From a bacterium (GTDB lineage Bacteria; UBA8248): a stretch of 64,000 nucleotides of DNA. The DNA lies in the NCBI GenBank assembly GCA_965219955.1, contig OZ244799.1, forward strand, positions 576,001 through 640,000, in the 5' to 3' direction. Below are positions 59,870-64,000 of this stretch, one piece after another. The position numbers were made by a program, and so were the translations under genes. Positions within the stretch are counted from its first letter, which is position 1. The number at the start of each line of letters is the position of its first letter. The notes below the pieces were generated by a model. The model was not told the origin of the DNA. It saw only the letters and a program-made list of their open reading frames with translations, and made no database searches.

Positions 59870-60643
59870 ATGGGAAAAAAGCAATGTTTTGTGATTCAGC
59901 CTTTTGATAAGGGTAAATTTGAAGAAAGATATGAAGATATTTTTTTTCCGGCCATAAAGGCGGCGCAAGCCGAACCGTATAGAGTTGATGAAGATGTCGC
60001 GGCCGAAAATCTCATTATTGCTATTGAAGAGGGTATCAGGAAAGCTGATGTGTGTTTTGCCGAAATAACCTCGCATAACAGAAATGTTTGGTATGAATTA
60101 GGCTATGCGATTGCTATTTTAAAGCCAGTAACAATGGTTTGCGAAGAGAGTTGTGAACTCCCATTTGATGTGAGAAGTCGCCGTGTCATCATGTATAAAG
60201 ATAAGGATGTTTCAAGTAGGCACTTTGAGCAGTTGAGAAGTGATATTACTCGTTCGATACAAGCTGCCTTGGAAAGAGCCATCAAAATCGAAAAGATTAC
60301 GGATCCTGTTTCTCCTTCCCTCAATCTTGATGAAATGCGGCAACATACTTTAACGGCTCTAGTGATAATAGCTTCCAATGCCGAGCGTGATGAAGGGGTG
60401 AGTTTATATTCTCTAAAACAAGATATGAATAATGCGGGGTTCAACGATTTGGCTACCAATCTCGCACTTAGAGAATTAGTTCAGAAACAATTCGTAACAA
60501 AACAGAATGAGGGATACGATAATCCTTTTGCTTCTTGTACAGAGAAAGCGATGGAATGGCTCTCCGCAAATCAGGACAATTTGAGCTTGAAAGAAGATAC
60601 TTCCCGTCGCGAAGAACTATCAGACGATGACATACCATTTTGA
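59870..60643 (+). CDS. Nucleoside 2-deoxyribosyltransferase/TIR-like domain plus winged helix protein
   Basis: CFVIQPF, RVD, I..AD...AEI...N.NV.YELGYA.A..KP; C-terminus DDDIPF. Confidence 0.75.
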   Translation: MGKKQCFVIQPFDKGKFEERYEDIFFPAIKAAQAEPYRVDEDVAAENLIIAIEEGIRKADVCFAEITSHNRNVWYELGYAIAILKPVTMVCEESCELPFDVRSRRVIMYKDKDVSSRHFEQLRSDITRSIQAALERAIKIEKITDPVSPSLNLDEMRQHTLTALVIIASNAERDEGVSLYSLKQDMNNAGFNDLATNLALRELVQKQFVTKQNEGYDNPFASCTEKAMEWLSANQDNLSLKEDTSRREELSDDDIPF

Positions 60644-60715
60644 ATAGTAAGGGCAATCATAATGCTCGGTGAGTAGGCTCTAGTGCTCCGCTGATCGAGC
60701 GGGGAGAGGGGAAGC

Positions 60716-60820
60716 CTAGAGATTGACCTCGGCGTCGGGCGCGCCCGCCTTGAGCGCATTCATCCAGGTGAGGCACAACTCTCGCGAGCGGTAGTCGCCG
60801 TAAGCCTTGGTTTCTTTCCT
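60716..60820 (-). pseudogene. 3' remnant resembling the C-terminus of a large restriction-modification methyltransferase (Eco57I/type IIG-like)
   Basis: Minus frame reads RKETKAYGDYRSRELCLTWMNALKAGAPDAEVNL-stop with no start; similarity recalled, not searched. Confidence 0.4.
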
Positions 60821-60834
60821 CGTCCCGAAAAGCA

Positions 60835-60970
60835 GGGCGGTTCACGAACCGCCCCTACAGAATGCCGGATGAAAGGGTTCCGGCATGACGGCAAAAACGG
60901 GCGGACACGGGGGTCCGCCCCTACGAGATCGCCCGATCTTTACAGCGGGCGGCTCTCGAGCCGCCCCTAC
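60835..60970 (-). repeat. Three direct GTAG-type REP hairpins
   Basis: GTAGGGGCGG-variable hairpin-CCGCCC on the minus strand at 60835-60858, 60899-60924 and 60947-60970. Confidence 0.8.
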
Positions 60971-61078
60971 GGGAAGACCACCAACCGAACGAACGCGAAA
61001 AGACACCGGATTCCGCAGCTCCTCCTTCCTCAGTCGGGTCTGACACCGGAGTGACGAATAAAACGGCCCCAAACGCCC

Positions 61079-61114
61079 TTGCATCAGACCCGTTCGTGGA
61101 CGATATTCGGTCCA
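61079..61114 (+). promoter_or_regulatory. TA operon promoter with overlapping palindromic operator
   Basis: TTGCAT-N17-GATATT; TGGAC-N8-GTCCA palindrome spans the -10 box. Confidence 0.5.
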
Positions 61115-61126
61115 TAGGAGGCGGCC

Positions 61127-61402
61127 ATGTCCCTTTCGAACCGGATAAAACCCATCAGCTACTTAAAGACGCACGCCGAGGAAATCGTCCGTACGCTCGG
61201 GGAGCGGGGGGAGCCGCTGGTGATCACCCAGAACGGGGAAGCCAAGGTGGTCATGCAGGACATCGACAGCTACGAGCGGATGCAGGAGACGCTCGCCCTG
61301 CTCAAGATTCTCGCCCTGGGCGACCGCCAGATTGAAGCCGGGCGGGCGCAACCCGCCGCCGAGGTGACGGCGCGGCTCCGGGAGCGGCTATCGGCCCGCT
61401 GA
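61127..61402 (+). CDS. Phd/YefM family antitoxin
   Basis: IKPISYLK.HA.EI, EPLVITQNGEAKVV, ETLALLKILA. Confidence 0.9.
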   Translation: MSLSNRIKPISYLKTHAEEIVRTLGERGEPLVITQNGEAKVVMQDIDSYERMQETLALLKILALGDRQIEAGRAQPAAEVTARLRERLSAR

Positions 61403-61497
61403 TGCTCTTCGCGGTCCATCTGAGCGAGGACGCGGTGCGCCCGGCGAACCCTCCCTCATCGCTCGGGTTCGACTCTTTGACTTATCCTCCGCCCTGA
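61402..61497 (+). pseudogene. Truncated RelE/ParE-type toxin start
   Basis: ATG coupled to the antitoxin stop; MLFAVHLSEDAVR fits a ParE N-terminus, then unrelated sequence and an early stop. Confidence 0.55.
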
Positions 61498-61548
61498 GCG
61501 AAACTGGCTGTACCAGCTACTCCACGAGGACAGACCGGAGATAGCCGA

Positions 61549-61923
61549 ATGACCGAATACGAAACAGCAAACCTCGCCGTGCAACAAGACGCGCTCGCAC
61601 TGCAACAGGCCACATTTGCCCTTCAACAAGCATCGCTCGCTGTGCAACGAGCCGCCGTATGGGTCGCCGCGCTCGTCGGGGCCGCGCAGTGCAGCCTCAT
61701 CGGGGTTGGCCTCTACATCATGCGGCAGGCCTCGAAGCAGCGCGACGCCATGCACCAGGAAACCATGGAGGCGCTGAAGGTTCAACGAGAGGCGCAAAGC
61801 GAACAGCACCGGGAAACCATGAAGGCGCTGGAAGGCCAGAACAAGGCTCTGGAAAACCAGCGCGAGGCGATGATGGAACTCATCCGGCGGACGTCCGCGC
61901 CTTCCGCGCAAGGGGACGGTTGA
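61549..61923 (+). CDS. Small TM + coiled-coil protein, distant homolog of the 48.5-49.8 kb array genes
   Basis: MTEY start, VG..QC.LI..GL..M, RD..HQETM.AL, HRETM.AL, LIRRTS. Confidence 0.75.
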   Translation: MTEYETANLAVQQDALALQQATFALQQASLAVQRAAVWVAALVGAAQCSLIGVGLYIMRQASKQRDAMHQETMEALKVQREAQSEQHRETMKALEGQNKALENQREAMMELIRRTSAPSAQGDG

Positions 61924-62124
61924 GCGGTTCGGGGTCCAGGCTGAATTCCGCCCGCGTCTTCATTTCATGGGCCGCGCCGACTTTCTGAAACCCCGGCGGC
62001 GGCAGTCAGCCGCAGCCGGGCTTTCGCGCCTGCCCGCCGCGCCGGGTGTCTTTGCCGACCAGGCGGAGCCGGGTCTGCCGGCGCCCGGCCCGGTTCCCCG
62101 CCGCCGTCTCCACTGAGGCCGCCC

Positions 62125-63480
62125 GTGCTGGATATCCTCGCCGACCGCACCTACCGCCATCTATTCGCAGCGCAGGTCACGGCCCTCGCGGGCACGGGGC
62201 TCGCCACGATTGCGCTGGGCCTTCTCGCCTACGACCTCGCGGACGAGGATGCGGCGATGGTGCTGGGCGCCGTCTTCACCATCAAGATGGCGGCCTACGT
62301 CGGGGTCGCGCCCATCGCCGGCGCCTTCGCCGACAGGGTCCCGCGCCGGGCGCTGCTCGTCGCGCTCGACATCGTGCGCGCCGCCGCGGCCCTGGCGTTG
62401 CCCTTCGTGACGCAGATATGGCAGCTCTACCTCCTGATCTTCGTCCTGCAATCGGCTTCGGCGGCCTTCACCCCGACCTTCCAGGCGACGATTCCGGACG
62501 TGCTGCCCGAAGAATCCCGCTACACCCGCGCGCTGTCGCTCTCACGCCTCGCTTACGACCTCGAGAACATCTTCAGCCCGACCCTCGCGGCGCTGCTGCT
62601 GGCGATGATGTCCTACGACGCCCTGTTCCTCGGCACGGCGGCCGGCTTTCTCGCCTCGGCTCTGCTGGTGGTCTCGGTATTTCTGCCGAGCCCCGCGCCC
62701 AAGGTTCCGCGAAGCATCTACGAGCGCACGACCCGCGGTGTCCGCATCTATCTCGCCACGCCCCGGCTCCGCGGACTCCTGGCGCTCAATCTCGCCGCGG
62801 CGGCCGCGGGCGCGATGGTGCTGGTCAACACCGTCGTGCTCGTTCGGGGCGGGCTGGGGCTGGACGAGAGCGCCGTGGCATGGGCGATGGCCGCATTCGG
62901 TGGGGGTTCGATGCTGTCCGCGCTCGTCCTCCCGCGCCTGCTGGACCGGGCGCCGGAGCGGAAGGTGATGCTGACGGGCGCGGCGCTGATGATCGCGGGC
63001 CTGTGCGCGCTGGCCGCGCTCATCCCGGGCGCCGGTCTCTCCTGGCCCCTCCTGCTCGGCGCATGGGTCACGGTGGGGATCGGCTATTCCGGCATACTCA
63101 CGCCGTCGGGACGGCTTCTGCGGCGCTCCTCGAACCCCGAGGACCGGCCCGCGCTCTTCGCGGCGCAGTTCGCGCTCAGCCACGCCTGCTGGCTGATGAC
63201 CTATCCGCTCTCGGGCTGGCTGATGACCGCATTTGGCGCAATCGCCGCGCTCGCCGGGTTGAGCGCGCTGGCTCTCATCGGCGCGGCGCTCGCGCTGCGC
63301 CTGTGGCCGGACGCCGATCCGGTCGCGATAGCGCACCGTCACGACGACCTCCCTCCCGATCATCCGCACCTGCGCGGCGGGCGCGAACACGTTCATCCTT
63401 ACATGATCGATGACTTGCACAGGCGCTGGCCGCCGGCGGACCCGCGTTCATCCGATGAGCGCATCACGAACGGCTCCTGA
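62125..63480 (+). CDS. NreB/NrsD-like MFS metal (nickel) exporter
   Basis: YRHLF.AQ..AL.GTGL, multi-TM MFS pattern, His-rich tail HRHDDLPPDHPH..HVH..IDDLH. Confidence 0.85.
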   Translation: MLDILADRTYRHLFAAQVTALAGTGLATIALGLLAYDLADEDAAMVLGAVFTIKMAAYVGVAPIAGAFADRVPRRALLVALDIVRAAAALALPFVTQIWQLYLLIFVLQSASAAFTPTFQATIPDVLPEESRYTRALSLSRLAYDLENIFSPTLAALLLAMMSYDALFLGTAAGFLASALLVVSVFLPSPAPKVPRSIYERTTRGVRIYLATPRLRGLLALNLAAAAAGAMVLVNTVVLVRGGLGLDESAVAWAMAAFGGGSMLSALVLPRLLDRAPERKVMLTGAALMIAGLCALAALIPGAGLSWPLLLGAWVTVGIGYSGILTPSGRLLRRSSNPEDRPALFAAQFALSHACWLMTYPLSGWLMTAFGAIAALAGLSALALIGAALALRLWPDADPVAIAHRHDDLPPDHPHLRGGREHVHPYMIDDLHRRWPPADPRSSDERITNGS

Positions 63481-63773
63481 ACCGGAAAGCAGCCTCCGGG
63501 CGGACACCTTCGATTTTCCTTTCCTCAGGGAAGTTTGACCCCGTAACGAAAAAGGCATTTCCCCTTCGCAGCGCAACACCGCATCACGCGGACCTCACAT
63601 CCGCCGGACGCTCCCCGGCGGCGCTTTACTTACGCGCCTGCGAATTTCCTTTGAAGCCGGTTTTTTGGCTGATACAATCGGCTGCATCGTCCCGTATGTC
63701 CCGGCATGTTATCGAAATAACCTGCGCCCATGTTCGTCGGCGCCGGAGACCTCTAGCTTTTGGGAGTCGAAAC

Positions 63774-64000
63774 TTGAGAAATGACGCGGCGAAAAAGTTT
63801 ACGCCGGCCCTTTGCGTGTTCTTCCTGTTCGCCTGGCTTCCGTTCGCCGAAGCCGGCGAAGGAAGCGATTGGGATATCCGTATCGGCATGGGCGCAAGAT
63901 ACGATGCGAAGTATGAAGGTTCCGACGAGATGAAGACGCGGGTTCTTCCTCTGATAGACATCACCTGGAAAGACCTGGTTTTTCTCAATCCGCGCGAGGG
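63774..64000 (+). CDS. MipA/OmpV family outer-membrane protein, 5' part (runs off the window)
   Basis: Signal peptide then W...IG.G......YEGSD.....LP.I...W; not in the ORF track because it is truncated. Confidence 0.65.
   Translation, partial: MRNDAAKKFTPALCVFFLFAWLPFAEAGEGSDWDIRIGMGARYDAKYEGSDEMKTRVLPLIDITWKDLVFLNPRE

Noticed and set aside
60835-60970. REP triplet as a mini-CRISPR
   Set aside because: Repeats differ internally, spacing is unequal, they carry the GTAG REP signature, and there are no cas genes.
61458-61476. ATCGCTCGGGTTCGACTC as an attR copy of tRNA-Asp
   Set aside because: Short gapped match that does not include the tRNA 3' end, and no integrase is present.

Overview
High-GC bacterial chromosome segment, probably from a diderm: it encodes periplasmic c-type cytochromes and a MipA/OmpV start. 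The rpoD-tRNA-zinc ribbon-rnhA-rnpB synteny and a divIVA-containing dcw tail resemble Deltaproteobacteria/Nitrospinota-like lineages (inference only). Bases 1-40.6 kb are core housekeeping: mutS2-dnaG-rpoD, tRNA(CAT), rnhA, RNase P RNA, ilvA-purH-folC-folP, panE-panB, a degenerate cobS, the dcw cluster from mraZ to ftsZ, pgeF-yggS-proC-yggT-divIVA-yggU-mtnA and tRNA-Asp. Bases 40.6-64 kb are accessory: duplicated ABC binding proteins and their transporter, a CoA-transferase, a MauG-like cytochrome cluster, E1 alpha/beta genes, a low-GC defence-like island, an orphan antitoxin and an NreB-like exporter. Three observations stand out. (1) A tandem array of self-contained cassettes, each with a promoter, an SD-occluding leader and a small membrane/hendecad coiled-coil gene; a fourth homolog sits directly behind a truncated toxin gene. 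(2) A family of short non-autonomous elements with shared 14-bp terminal inverted repeats and 5-bp target duplications, each carrying a different REP-like palindrome. (3) A defence-like island whose proteins end in apparent replisome-mimic peptides (SSB tail DDDIPF; clamp-like QGTLF). All calls come from reading the sequence; no database search was run.
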